DNA of 64,000 nt from Cellulomonas sp. (lineage in GTDB: Bacteria; Actinomycetota; Actinomycetes; Actinomycetales; Cellulomonadaceae). Of the stretch, positions 1-9,452 are shown in pieces. Within the stretch, counting starts at the first letter, position 1. Every line of letters starts with the position of its first letter. Made by a program: the position numbers and the translations under genes. The notes below the pieces were generated by a model. That model did no database searches and had not been told where the DNA came from. It saw only the letters and a program-made list of their open reading frames with translations. The stretch covers positions 2,310 through 66,309 of the forward strand of contig JAPSIR010000002.1 in the NCBI GenBank assembly GCA_031178625.1. Direction: 5' to 3'.

Positions 1-2714
1 GTTGAAGCCGATCTCCACCGCGGCGCCCGGCGCGAGGGCACCGTTCCAGGCCGCGTTGGTGGCCGTCACGGTCTGTCCGGACTGGGCCCAGGTGGCGCTC
101 CAGCCCTGCTGCACGGTCTGCCCGCCGCCCAGGGCGAACCGCAGGCTCCACCCGCTCAGCGCGGTCCGTCCGGTGTTCGTGACGCGGACCGTGGCGGTGA
201 AGCCGCTGCTCCAGCTGTTCGCCGTGTACCGGACGGCGCACGCCGCCGCGCCGGAGGTCGCCGTGGGCGTCGGCGTCGGACCGGTCGTGGGCCCCGTCGT
301 GGGCGTGGGCGTGGGAGTCACCGTCACCGTCGGCGTCGGCGTCGGGCTGACGGTCGGCGTCTGCGTCGGCGTGGGCGTCGGCGTGGGCCCGGGCGTCGAG
401 CCGTCGGGCTCACCGACGACGGTCCCGCGCCCGTTCGTGCCGACGTAGACGCGACCGAACACGTCGGGGTCACCCGTGATCACCGAGCCGGTCCACGCGT
501 AGCGGTGCTCGTCGTCGTTGATGCGGACCCACGTGGCGCCCGCGTCGGTCGACCGGAAGAACCCGCGCACGCCCTCGTACCTCGACGTCGCGTAGATCGC
601 CGGGTAGGACGCGCCGGGCGTGGCCTTGCCGAAGCCGACGGCGCCGCCGTCCTCGAACCCGGGGACCTTCGTGAAGCTCGCCCCGGCGTCCGTGGAGCGC
701 CACATGCCCGTCTCGGCCGCGAGCCAGACGTGCCCGCGCTGCCCGGGCACGGCCCCGAACCGCACGTTGCCGGTGGTCGGGAAGCCGGTCTCCGCCGACG
801 CGGTGAACGTGGCACCGCCGTCGTGGGACACGTGGAAGCGTCCCTCGGCGAACGCGTAGAACGTCCGGGCGTCGACGCGGTCGGACTCGACGCGCGCGCC
901 GGCGGGGACGCCCTGCGACGCCGTCCAGGACGAGCCGAGCGTGGTGGACCGGTGCACCCCCGTGCCGGCAGGGCTCCACACGATCGTGCCGCCGTCCGCC
1001 GACACCGCCACGGTGCCGCCGCCGGTCACGCCGGTGGGCTGCTGACCGGCCCACCAGGACGACCCCGACGACGTCGAGACGCCGATGTGCGACTCGACCG
1101 TGCCGTCCACGGCCTGCCCGACGCGCACCATCGTCGCCGGCGCCGCCTCCGCGAAGTCGACGCCGGTCGTGGAGCCGAAGTACGGCGACGTGTACATCTG
1201 GCCGGGGACCCGCGTGATGTCGGTGTGCACGAACCCGCCGATGTCACCGAGGCCGGACACGAGCTCGACCGGGCCCGGGGGGCGGCGAGGTCGAGGACCG
1301 CCGTCTCCTCGATGCCCTGCGCGCGCACGCGGATGTCGATCTTCCCGCCGCGGTCCCACGCGGTGAGGTCGTCGGTCCCGTAGACCGTGGCCCCCGTCCC
1401 GTACAGCGCCCGGTCCGAGTCGAACGGGTCGATCTCGAACGACTCCGTCATCCAGCCGAGCTTGACGAGCGGCTCGCCGACCGGCGCCGAGGTCCTGCCG
1501 AACGTCAGCCACGGCGCACCGGAGTGGTCGAGCGTGTACCGCTCGCTCTTGGCGGGGTAGCCCGCCCAGTCCCAGATCCGCGACCACGTCGCCCCGCGGT
1601 CGGTGCTGCGGAAGATCACGATGTCGGGCCACCACGACATCTGCGTCGTCACCATGATCGTGTCCGGGTCCTGCCGGTCGATCGTGAGGCCGGAGTACCC
1701 GAACGCGTTGTCCGCCGAGGACGACGGCACGGGGGAGACGTTCGTCCACGTGCCCGTCGCGGTGTCGAGGCGCCACACGTCGCCGTGGCCGCCGTCGTAC
1801 GGGCCGCCGGTGTCGCTGGTCGCGACGTAGAGCTGCTTGCCGACGTGGTCGTACACGCCCTTGTGCGGGAGGAACCCGGTGGGTTGCCCCGGCACGCGCT
1901 GCCACGTCGCTCCCGCGTCCGTGGACCGGTAGACGTTGTTCTCCTTGTCGGCGACGCCGACGTAGATCGTGCGCGTCGCGGCGCCCGGGGAGCCGCTCGT
2001 CGGGTCGAACGTCACCCACACGACGCCCTGGTTGCTGGTCAGGTAGTCGTTGTCGGACGTCGGGTCCTGGACGTAGTTCCCCGGGTTCGGGAACGAGACC
2101 ACCCTCGCCCACGTGACGCCCTTGTCCGTCGACCGCCACAGGCCGTTGCCGCTCTCGGTGCCCAGGTAGAGGACCCGGTTGTCGTTCGGGTCCACCTGGA
2201 GGCGCTCGCCCATGCCGCGTCCCGGCATGTTGCCGCCGACCTTGAACGGCAGCATGGTCCGCTGCCACGTCTCGCCGCGGTCCGACGAGCGCAGGACCGC
2301 GCCGTCCTGCGGGTCCCACGAGTTGGTGTAGGTGCCGACGGCGGCGTAGACGTTGTCCGGGTCGACGGCGTCCGTGGCGATCGACAGCACGCCGGAGTGG
2401 CTCCAGTCGTCCCAGCCGACGTGGTCCAGCAGGGGGACCCAGCGACGCGTCGTGGGGTCGAGCCGGTAGGCACCCCCGATGTCGGTGCGCGCGTACACCA
2501 CGCCCTCGTGCCGCTGGTTGAAGACGATCCCCGGCACGAACCCGCCGCCGACGACCTCGACGTTGCCCCAGCCGTAGCCGGTGCCCGCGGCAGCGGCCGC
2601 CGGGGCGGGGACGGCGGCGGCCGGGACGGGCGCGGCCGCCGCGAGGGCACCGGCCGCGAGGGCCGCGACGGCGCCCGCCGCGGCCAGGGGGGCGATGAGG
2701 GGTGGGACGCGCAT
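1..2714 (-). pseudogene. Secreted GH74 xyloglucanase with Pro/Thr linker and C-terminal CBM2; one frameshift at the G6 run 1277-1282 (real or sequencing error); 3' end runs off the window
   Basis: ATG 2714 with AAGGAG RBS; signal peptide; GGGFVPGIVF, YARTDIGGAYR and RGMGERL GH74 motifs. After adding one C the frame continues GPVELVSGLGDIGGF...VYVGTNGRG, PT repeats, then CBM2 (NSWSSGF...QGWSATW...AAWNG...EIGFN). Confidence 0.9.
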
Positions 2715-2839
2715 CCGCTGCACTCCTTCGTGGCGAGGCATGGGGCCGGTCGTCGGGCGGCCCCGCCGAGCACGCCGTGGAAGCGGCGGGCGGTCCGGCG
2801 CGGCGACGCTATCGATGCGCTTCGACGGCAGGCAGGCGG

Positions 2840-2851
2840 CGAAACGTTTCG
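2840..2851. promoter_or_regulatory. Perfect palindrome CGAAACGTTTCG, LacI-type operator candidate upstream of the GH74 gene
   Basis: AT-rich 12-bp palindrome with central CG in a very GC-rich intergenic region, 126 bp upstream of the GH74 start. Confidence 0.6.
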
Positions 2852-2947
2852 GGACCTGCGGGCGCTGCCCCACCCGCCCGCGGCGCGTCGCCGGCGACGC
2901 GCCCGGAAGCGGGTGCGGCGCACCGGCCGGAGGAGGTACAAACGAGC

Positions 2948-3160
2948 ATGACCCGCAACCGTGCGCGCGACCTCGCCTCCGACCCCGCCGCCCAGCGCAT
3001 CGCCGACCGGCAGCCGTCCGACGCCGACCTGCTCGGCAGCGACACCCGCTCGGGCGGTGACCCGACCGGTGGGCCGCGCTCGCTGCAGGCGGCCGAGCGC
3101 GAGGGCGGCGACGAGGCGCTCACGAGCAGCGAGGACTGGGACGACCCCGCGCGGCTCTGA
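2948..3160 (+). CDS. Small acidic hypothetical protein (70 aa)
   Basis: AGGAGG RBS at 2931-2936, ATG 2948, GC-rich third positions, followed by a hairpin. Confidence 0.65.
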   Translation: MTRNRARDLASDPAAQRIADRQPSDADLLGSDTRSGGDPTGGPRSLQAAEREGGDEALTSSEDWDDPARL

Positions 3161-3190
3161 GGGGCCGCCCGTCCCGGCGCCCGACGTGGC

Positions 3191-3230
3191 ACGGCCCCCG
3201 ACCGACCGATGACGGTCGTCCGGGGGCCGT
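3191..3230. terminator. Hairpin between convergent genes
   Basis: Arms ACGGCCCCCG and CGGGGGCCGT plus inner pairing. Confidence 0.55.
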
Positions 3231-3263
3231 GGTCGTCTCAGCAGCCCGACCGGGGTGGCGCAC

Positions 3264-4442
3264 TCACGCGCGCGGGACGAGCCCGAGCTCGCGCGCCCGC
3301 GCCAGCAGCTCCTCGCCGTCGGCGCCCTGCAGCACCGCGATGCCGGGCCGCTCCGCGTCCTCCTCGGCCTCCTCCTGCTGCGGTGTCGCGGTGGGGAGAC
3401 CGTGCGACAGGACGTGCTCGGCCGCGGTCAGCTGCCGGATCAGCACCGCCTCGACGCGCTCCGGGTGGTGCGCCACCGCCCCCGCGTAGATCTCCGGGTC
3501 GTGCTGGCCGTCGTCGCCGACGAGCAGCCACCGCACCTGCGGCAGCTCCGCGAACAGCCGGCGCAGCTGCGAGACCTTGTGCTGCTGACCGCTGCGGAAC
3601 AGGCCGGTGTTGGTCGGGCCCCAGTCGGTGAGGAGCAGGGGACCGGCCGGGTAGTCGTGCCGGCGCAGGAACCGGCCGATCGCGGGCGCGGCGTTCCACG
3701 CGCCGGTCGACAGGTACACCAGCGGGTGGTCCTGGTCGCCGAGCCCCAGCTCGCGGTAGAGCCGCGACATGCCGGGCACCGCCTCGCGCGCGTTCTCGTG
3801 CCGGACCAGGGTGTTCCACGCCGCCACCAGGGGACGCGGCAGGCGCGTCACCATGACGGTGTCGTCGATGTCGCTGACGACCCCGACCGTCGGCGCCGAC
3901 CCCACGACGAGCACGGGCGCGACGGACCGCGCACCGTCCGCCGAGGTGAGCGTCACCTCGTGCCAGCCCGGCGGCAGGTCCGACGGGACCACCGCGTCGA
4001 CGTAGCCGCCACGGTCCGTCGCCACGACGTGCGTGGCGTCGCCGACGCGCACCTCGAGCTCGGCGCCGGCCACCGGGGAGGTGAGGAACGAGCGCCAGCC
4101 GCGCATCGACGGCGCCGGGCGCTCCTCGCCGGTCTGGGCGGCGCCACCGGCCCCGGGCAGGTCCTGCCCAGCGACGGCGGGCGACGCGAGCAGGGTGCGG
4201 GCGAGCACGCGCACCCAGCCCTGCGACCCGTAGCCCGCGTACGAGACGATGCGGACGGTCCAGCCACGGCGGCGCAGCACGCGCGCCACCGCGGAGTCGA
4301 TGCGGTCCTCGACGCGCGCGGCGACGTGCAGGCGGTCGACGCTCGCACCGTCGAAGCGCGGCGCGACCCGGCCCGCACGCAGCCCGTCCCCGTCGGACGA
4401 GCCGGCGGGGACGGGCTGCGCGTGCCTCGGGGCCGACGTCAC
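3264..4442 (-). CDS. App1-family (DUF2183) phosphatidate phosphatase-like protein
   Basis: VVSDIDDTV (DxDxT), YLSTGAWN, LLLTDWGP and LLVGDDGQHDPEIY motifs; GTG start overlaps the dps stop (GTGA). Confidence 0.85.
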   Translation of the reverse strand: MTSAPRHAQPVPAGSSDGDGLRAGRVAPRFDGASVDRLHVAARVEDRIDSAVARVLRRRGWTVRIVSYAGYGSQGWVRVLARTLLASPAVAGQDLPGAGGAAQTGEERPAPSMRGWRSFLTSPVAGAELEVRVGDATHVVATDRGGYVDAVVPSDLPPGWHEVTLTSADGARSVAPVLVVGSAPTVGVVSDIDDTVMVTRLPRPLVAAWNTLVRHENAREAVPGMSRLYRELGLGDQDHPLVYLSTGAWNAAPAIGRFLRRHDYPAGPLLLTDWGPTNTGLFRSGQQHKVSQLRRLFAELPQVRWLLVGDDGQHDPEIYAGAVAHHPERVEAVLIRQLTAAEHVLSHGLPTATPQQEEAEEDAERPGIAVLQGADGEELLARARELGLVPRA

Positions 4443-5023
4443 GAGTGCGCGTCGTCGGCCGGGTTGCCGGCCTCGGCCAGGGCGGCGGCGTCCTTCTCCG
4501 TGGACGCTCCCGCGTTCGAGAGCCCGCCGCCGGCGTTCTCGAGGTGCGCCCGGACGAACCAGTGGAAGAGCTCCAGCTCGTGCAGGTGGCCGACGAGCAG
4601 GTCGTTCGTCACCGTGTCGAGCGACTCCGTGGCCTCGGCCGCGGCGCGGTGGTCCGTGATGACGCCGACGTACACCTCGTCGAGCGCACCCAGGTGGGCG
4701 GACGTCGTGGCACGGCCGATGCTGTAGTCGTCCCACGTGCGGTTCGCGACGATCTGGCCCGGCGTTCCCTGCGGCGAGACGCCGAGCGTCGCGATGCGCT
4801 CCGCGGTGGCGTCCACCATGGCGCGCACGGCGTCGACCTGCGGGTCGAGCATCTCGTGCACCGCGATGAAGTGCGGGCCGACGACGTTCCAGTGGATGTG
4901 CTTCAGGGTCAGCTGCAGGTCGTTGAGCGCGTGCAGCCGCCGCTGGAGGATCTCCGCCACCTGGGCGCCGTCCTCGGGGGTGAGGGACGGGACGGTGTAC
5001 TTCGGAAGATCGGCGCGAGCCAT
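4439..5023 (-). CDS. dps: DNA starvation/stationary-phase protection protein Dps
   Basis: LKHIHWNVVGPHFIAVHEMLD and DATAERIATLG signatures; AAGGAG RBS. Confidence 0.95.
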   Translation of the reverse strand: MARADLPKYTVPSLTPEDGAQVAEILQRRLHALNDLQLTLKHIHWNVVGPHFIAVHEMLDPQVDAVRAMVDATAERIATLGVSPQGTPGQIVANRTWDDYSIGRATTSAHLGALDEVYVGVITDHRAAAEATESLDTVTNDLLVGHLHELELFHWFVRAHLENAGGGLSNAGASTEKDAAALAEAGNPADDAHS

Positions 5024-5145
5024 GACCACTCCTTCGATGTCGCCTCCCGGACCCGGCGGCCCGGCGCTGCCGTCCACGCTGCCAGCCCCCGTGACGCTCC
5101 GCCACAGGAGCGCGCGGGCCTCGCCGTGCCCGCCGACCTGCGGCG

Positions 5146-6027
5146 TCAGTCGTCGAACGGGTCGCCGTCGCGCTCCAGCCGGGCCACCGCCTCCGCCGCG
5201 GTGAGCTGGGTCAGCCCGGGCTCGAGCTCGTCCCACCGCCGCGGCACCGCGGCCGTCGGCCGCTCGCGGCCGCGCAGCGACCACGGCGTGATCGTCGTCT
5301 TCGCGGGGTGGTTCTGCGACCAGTCGATGAGGACGCGGTCCGGCCGCACGTCCTTGCGCATGACGGACACGACCAGGCCCGGCTCGTCGCGCGCGACCGC
5401 CTGCGCGAGGTCACGCGCGTAGGCACGGACGTCGTGCGGCGGCCGCGGCCGGGGGAGCGGCGCGTACAGCTGCATCCCCTTGCTGCCCGACGTGACCGGC
5501 ACGGTGCGTGTCAGGCCGTCCGCCGCGAGCCGGTCCGCCACGAGGTGCGCGACGCGTACGCACTCGTCCAGGCCGGCACCGGGTCCGGGGTCCAGGTCGA
5601 CGACCAGCCGGTCGGCGTCGCGCACGCCGCCGCGCGGGCCGACCGTCCACTGCGGCGTGTGGAGCTCGAGCGCCCCCTGGTTCGCCGCCCACACCAGCCC
5701 CGCGAGGTCCTCGAGCACCGGCAGGTCCAGCACGGTCCCGTCCTCGTCGCCCCCGGGGGACGCCGGCACGCGGTGGTGGCGGAGCCAGGCCGGCGCGCCG
5801 CGCGGCACGTTCTTCTCGAAGAACCGCTCGCCGCCGACGCCCTCCGGCCACCGGATGCGGGTGACCGGCCGGTCCGCGAGCTGGTGCAGCAGCGCGGGCG
5901 CGACCCGGACGAGGTAGTCCATGACCTCGGCCTTGGTGGTGCCCGTGGCGGGGTACATGGGCTTCTCGAGGTGCGTCAGGCGCACGGGACGGCCGCCGAC
6001 GTCGACGGTCTGCCGGTCGGCGCTCAC
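5146..6027 (-). CDS. ligD: Stand-alone NHEJ LigD polymerase (primase-polymerase) domain protein
   Basis: RWPEGV, FFEKN, ALELH, DRLVVDLDPG, TSGSKGMQLY, IDWSQN and PWSLR motifs; no ligase or phosphoesterase domain. Confidence 0.9.
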   Translation of the reverse strand: MSADRQTVDVGGRPVRLTHLEKPMYPATGTTKAEVMDYLVRVAPALLHQLADRPVTRIRWPEGVGGERFFEKNVPRGAPAWLRHHRVPASPGGDEDGTVLDLPVLEDLAGLVWAANQGALELHTPQWTVGPRGGVRDADRLVVDLDPGPGAGLDECVRVAHLVADRLAADGLTRTVPVTSGSKGMQLYAPLPRPRPPHDVRAYARDLAQAVARDEPGLVVSVMRKDVRPDRVLIDWSQNHPAKTTITPWSLRGRERPTAAVPRRWDELEPGLTQLTAAEAVARLERDGDPFDD

Positions 6028-6173
6028 GGCTCTGACCTGCGCGCAGGGGTGGCGGGCACGGGGTGCACGGGTCCATCCTGCCCGTGGACGGTGCGGCGGG
6101 CCCGGGTCACGGGCCGCCGCCGGGCGACGCCGCGGGGCGCAGCGCCCGCGGTCGGGACGACGGGAGGCGGGAC

Positions 6174-7154
6174 GTGCGCGCGATCTGGAAGGGTGCGGTG
6201 GCGTTCGGCCTGGTCAACGTGCCCGTGAAGCTGTACGCGGCGACAGGGGAGCACGAGGTCCGGCTGCACCAGGTGCACCGCGAGGACGGCGGGCGCATCC
6301 GCTACAAGAAGGTGTGCAGCGTCGACGGCGAGCCCGTCGAGTGGGGCGACATCGCCAAGGGCTACGAGACCGACTCGGGCGAGCTCGTCGTGCTCACCGA
6401 CGAGGACTTCGAGCAGCTGCCGCTGTCGACCGAGCGCGAGATCGAGGTGCTCGAGTTCGTGCCGGCCGAGCAGGTCGACCCGATCCTGCTGCAGAAGACC
6501 TACTACCTGGAGCCCGACAAGACGGCTGCGAAGCCCTACGCGCTGCTGCGCGGGGCGCTCGAGCAGACCGACCGCATGGCCGTCGTCAAGGTGGCGCTGC
6601 GGCAGCGCGAGAGCATGGCCGTCCTGCGCGTGCGGGACAAGGTCATCGTCCTGCAGACGCTGCTGTGGCCCGACGAGGTGCGCGCGGCCGACTTCCCGAT
6701 CCTCGACGCCGAGGTGTCGGTGCGGCCGCAGGAGCTGACGATGGCGAGCTCCCTCGTGGAGTCGCTCGCCGCCGACTTCGACCCGTCCCAGTACACCGAC
6801 GCCTACGTCACCGCCCTCGAGGAGCTCATCGAGCGGAAGGTCTCGTCCGGGGACACCCGGGCGCCCGCGGCGGCCGAGGACGAGCCCGAGGAGAGCACCG
6901 GCGAGGTGGTCGACCTGCTCGCGGCGCTCCAGCGCAGCGTCGAGAAGGCCCGCAGCGCCCGCGGCGAGGCGTCGGACGACGCCCCGGCCGCCACGAAGGA
7001 CGCCGGGAAGGCGGCCCGCGGCGGGTCGGCGGCGAAGGACGACGACGAGGCGCCGGCGCCGAAGCGGCGCTCGCGCACCAAGGCCGCGTCCGGCGACGGT
7101 GACGACGACGGCGCGAAGGCCCCGGCGAAGCGGACGCGCAAGAAGGCCTCGTGA
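6174..7154 (+). CDS. ku: NHEJ DNA end-binding protein Ku
   Basis: RAIWKGAVAFGLVNVPVKLY, KTYYLEP and VVDLLAALQRSV; basic C-terminal tail; GGGAGG RBS. Confidence 0.95.
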   Translation: MRAIWKGAVAFGLVNVPVKLYAATGEHEVRLHQVHREDGGRIRYKKVCSVDGEPVEWGDIAKGYETDSGELVVLTDEDFEQLPLSTEREIEVLEFVPAEQVDPILLQKTYYLEPDKTAAKPYALLRGALEQTDRMAVVKVALRQRESMAVLRVRDKVIVLQTLLWPDEVRAADFPILDAEVSVRPQELTMASSLVESLAADFDPSQYTDAYVTALEELIERKVSSGDTRAPAAAEDEPEESTGEVVDLLAALQRSVEKARSARGEASDDAPAATKDAGKAARGGSAAKDDDEAPAPKRRSRTKAASGDGDDDGAKAPAKRTRKKAS

Positions 7155-8200
7155 CCGCTGCGGACGACCGCGACCGCGCCGTCGCGACGCTGCGGCGCAT
7201 CGCGTTCCTCCTCGAGCGCGCGCAGGCGAGCAGCTACCGGCCCGCGGCGTACCGCACCGCGGCGCGGACCGTCGAGCAGCAGGAGCCGGAGCGGCTGCAC
7301 GCGCTCGCGGCGGCCGGCGCGCTCACGGACCTGCCGCACGTGGGCGCGAAGACCGCCGACGTGGTCGCCCGTGCGCTCGCGGCCCGGCCCGTGCCGACGC
7401 TCGACGCGCTCGAGCAGGAGGCCGCCGACGCGTCCGTCCCGGACGACGACGCGGGCCGCCTGCTCGCCGCGCTGCGCGGGGACCTGCACGCGCACACCGA
7501 CGCGAGCGACGGCGCGACCCCGCTGCAGGAGATGGTGCTGGCGGCGCTCGAGCTCGGCCACGACTACCTCGCGATCACCGACCACTCGCCGCGCCTGACG
7601 GTCGCGAACGGCCTGTCGGCCGCGCGGCTGCGCGCGCAGACACGGCAGGTCGCGGCGCTGCGGCGGGCCGTCGCGCCGTTCGACGTGCTGACGGGGATCG
7701 AGTGCGACGTCCTCGACGACGGCGCCCTCGACCAGGACCCCGACCTGCTCGACGAGCTCGACGTCGTCGTCGCGTCCGTGCACTCGAAGCTCCGCATGGA
7801 CCGGGCCTCGATGACGCGGCGCATGATCGCCGCGGTGCGCAACCCACGCACCGACGTGCTCGGGCACTGCACCGGCCGGCGCCTCACCGGCCGCGAGCGC
7901 CCGCCGAGCGAGTTCGACGCCGAGGCGGTCTTCGCCGCGTGCGCCGACCACGGCGTGGCCGTCGAGATCAACTCCCGCCCGGACCGCCTCGACCCGCCGC
8001 ACGCGCTCCTCGAGGTCGCCGTGGCGGCCGGCTGCCACTTCGCGATCGACTCCGACGCCCACGCGCCCGGGCAGCTCGTGTGGCTGCGGGCAGGCTGCGA
8101 GCGCGCCGTCGCCCACGGCATCGGTGCGGACCGGGTCCTGACGGCACGCTCCGCCGAGGAGGTCCGGGCGCACGGGCGGCGGGCGCCCGCCCGGCCGTGA
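7151..8200 (+). CDS. PHP-domain protein with N-terminal PolX-like helical/HhH domain (no polymerase palm)
   Basis: LPHVGAKTA (HhH); GDLHAHTDASDG, ITDHS, GIECD, ASVHS, LGHCTGR and IDSDAH PHP motifs; GTGA overlap with ku. Confidence 0.88.
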   Translation: MTAADDRDRAVATLRRIAFLLERAQASSYRPAAYRTAARTVEQQEPERLHALAAAGALTDLPHVGAKTADVVARALAARPVPTLDALEQEAADASVPDDDAGRLLAALRGDLHAHTDASDGATPLQEMVLAALELGHDYLAITDHSPRLTVANGLSAARLRAQTRQVAALRRAVAPFDVLTGIECDVLDDGALDQDPDLLDELDVVVASVHSKLRMDRASMTRRMIAAVRNPRTDVLGHCTGRRLTGRERPPSEFDAEAVFAACADHGVAVEINSRPDRLDPPHALLEVAVAAGCHFAIDSDAHAPGQLVWLRAGCERAVAHGIGADRVLTARSAEEVRAHGRRAPARP

Positions 8201-8246
8201 CGGCGCACCGTGACAGCGGACCGTGACAGCGCACCGTGACGGTGAC
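8195..8246. repeat. Four 13-bp tandem units CCGTGAC(A/G)GCG(C/G)A, the last one degenerate
   Basis: Units at 8195, 8208, 8221 and 8234, between the PHP stop and the HU promoter. Confidence 0.8.
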
Positions 8247-8389
8247 GTGGCGCACCACGGGCGTGCCGCGTGCACCAGGACGCTCCGGCGCCGCTAGTGT
8301 CGAGGGCCGTGCGTACGGGCGTGCCCGCACCGCACGCCCGGTCCGTCGTCCGGCCCGGGCAGCGATCCGACCCCCAAGGAGCACCTGAC

Positions 8390-8671
8390 GTGAGCGTCAA
8401 CCGCACCGAGCTCGTCCAGGCCATCGCCGAGAAGGCGGGCCTGAGCAACGCCGAGGCCGACAAGGCCCTCAAGGCCTTCCAGGAGGTGCTCGTCGAGAAG
8501 CTCGCCGCCGGCGAGGACGTGGCGATCTCCGGCTTCCTCTCGGTCGCGCGCGCCGAGCGCGCCGCGCGGACCGGCGTGAACCCGCAGACGGGCGAGAAGC
8601 TCGACATCCCCGCGGGTCACCGCGTGAAGCTCACGGCCGGCAGCGCCCTCAAGCGCGCCGTCCAGGGCTGA
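8390..8671 (+). CDS. hup: HU-family DNA-binding protein
   Basis: NRTELVQAIAEKAGLS and RAARTGVNPQTGEKLDIPA; AAGGAG RBS. Confidence 0.95.
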   Translation: MSVNRTELVQAIAEKAGLSNAEADKALKAFQEVLVEKLAAGEDVAISGFLSVARAERAARTGVNPQTGEKLDIPAGHRVKLTAGSALKRAVQG

Positions 8672-8678
8672 CCCACTC

Positions 8679-8710
8679 ACGGCCCCCGACCCGCACGGGT
8701 CGGGGGCCGT
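8679..8710. terminator. Bidirectional terminator hairpin (HU / DUF6328)
   Basis: Perfect inverted repeat ACGGCCCCCGACCCG / CGGGTCGGGGGCCGT. Confidence 0.75.
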
Positions 8711-8733
8711 CGTGCGCCCGGGGCACGTGCGGG

Positions 8734-9291
8734 TCAGACGCGTCGCGTGTCCGGGTCGGCGGTCGCACGGCGCGCGATGACCTGCGGCAGCACGAGCCAG
8801 GCCACCGCGATCACGACGAGCAGCGCCCCGCCCACCACGTGCCCGGCCGTGCGGGAGAGCACGACGTCGAAGAGCAGCATCGTGACGCCGGCCAGCGTGA
8901 GCGCCAGCGCCACCAGACCCGCCCGGGCGAACCAGTGGCCCGCGTCGACGAGCTGCGGCTTGAGCCGGCGGCGGAAGAGCAGCCGGTGCAGGCTCACGGG
9001 CGCGACGAACAGGATCGTCGCCAGTGCCGCCATCACGACGAGGACCAGGTACGTGCCGCGCTGGTAGTCGTCCAGGTCGCCGAAGCGGGACTGGAACGGC
9101 ACGGTCAGCAGGAAGCCGGTGAGGATCTGGGCACCCGTCTGCGTGACCCGGAGCTCCTGGAGCAGCTCGTTCCAGTTGCGGTCCATCCGCTCCGTGTACG
9201 TCTCGTTGCGGTCGTCGCCGGGGACGTCCCGGGCCGACGCGTCGTCGGCCGTCGGCGGGACGTCGTCGGTGCTGGGCCGGGGAGCGTCCAT
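8734..9291 (-). CDS. DUF6328-family membrane protein
   Basis: ERMDRNWNELLQELRVTQTGAQILTGFLLTVPFQSRF motif; about 4 TM segments; GAGGAGG RBS. Confidence 0.85.
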   Translation of the reverse strand: MDAPRPSTDDVPPTADDASARDVPGDDRNETYTERMDRNWNELLQELRVTQTGAQILTGFLLTVPFQSRFGDLDDYQRGTYLVLVVMAALATILFVAPVSLHRLLFRRRLKPQLVDAGHWFARAGLVALALTLAGVTMLLFDVVLSRTAGHVVGGALLVVIAVAWLVLPQVIARRATADPDTRRV

Positions 9292-9452
9292 CGCTGTCGG
9301 CACCTCCTCGTGGTCCGTGGCTGGTCGGATCATGCCGGTGCCGCGCCGCCTCCGCTCGGCGGTCCACCGATCGTCCCGGACGACCGTCCGACCGCGCTCG
9401 GCCGGTCGGTGGCCGGTGCGGTGCACCGCACCGCGTGCGCGAGAATCGGGAC

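Noticed and set aside
255-400. GTGGGC/GTCGGC repeats here and at ~10925-11055
   Set aside because: These encode ordinary Pro/Thr linkers of CBM2 glycanases.
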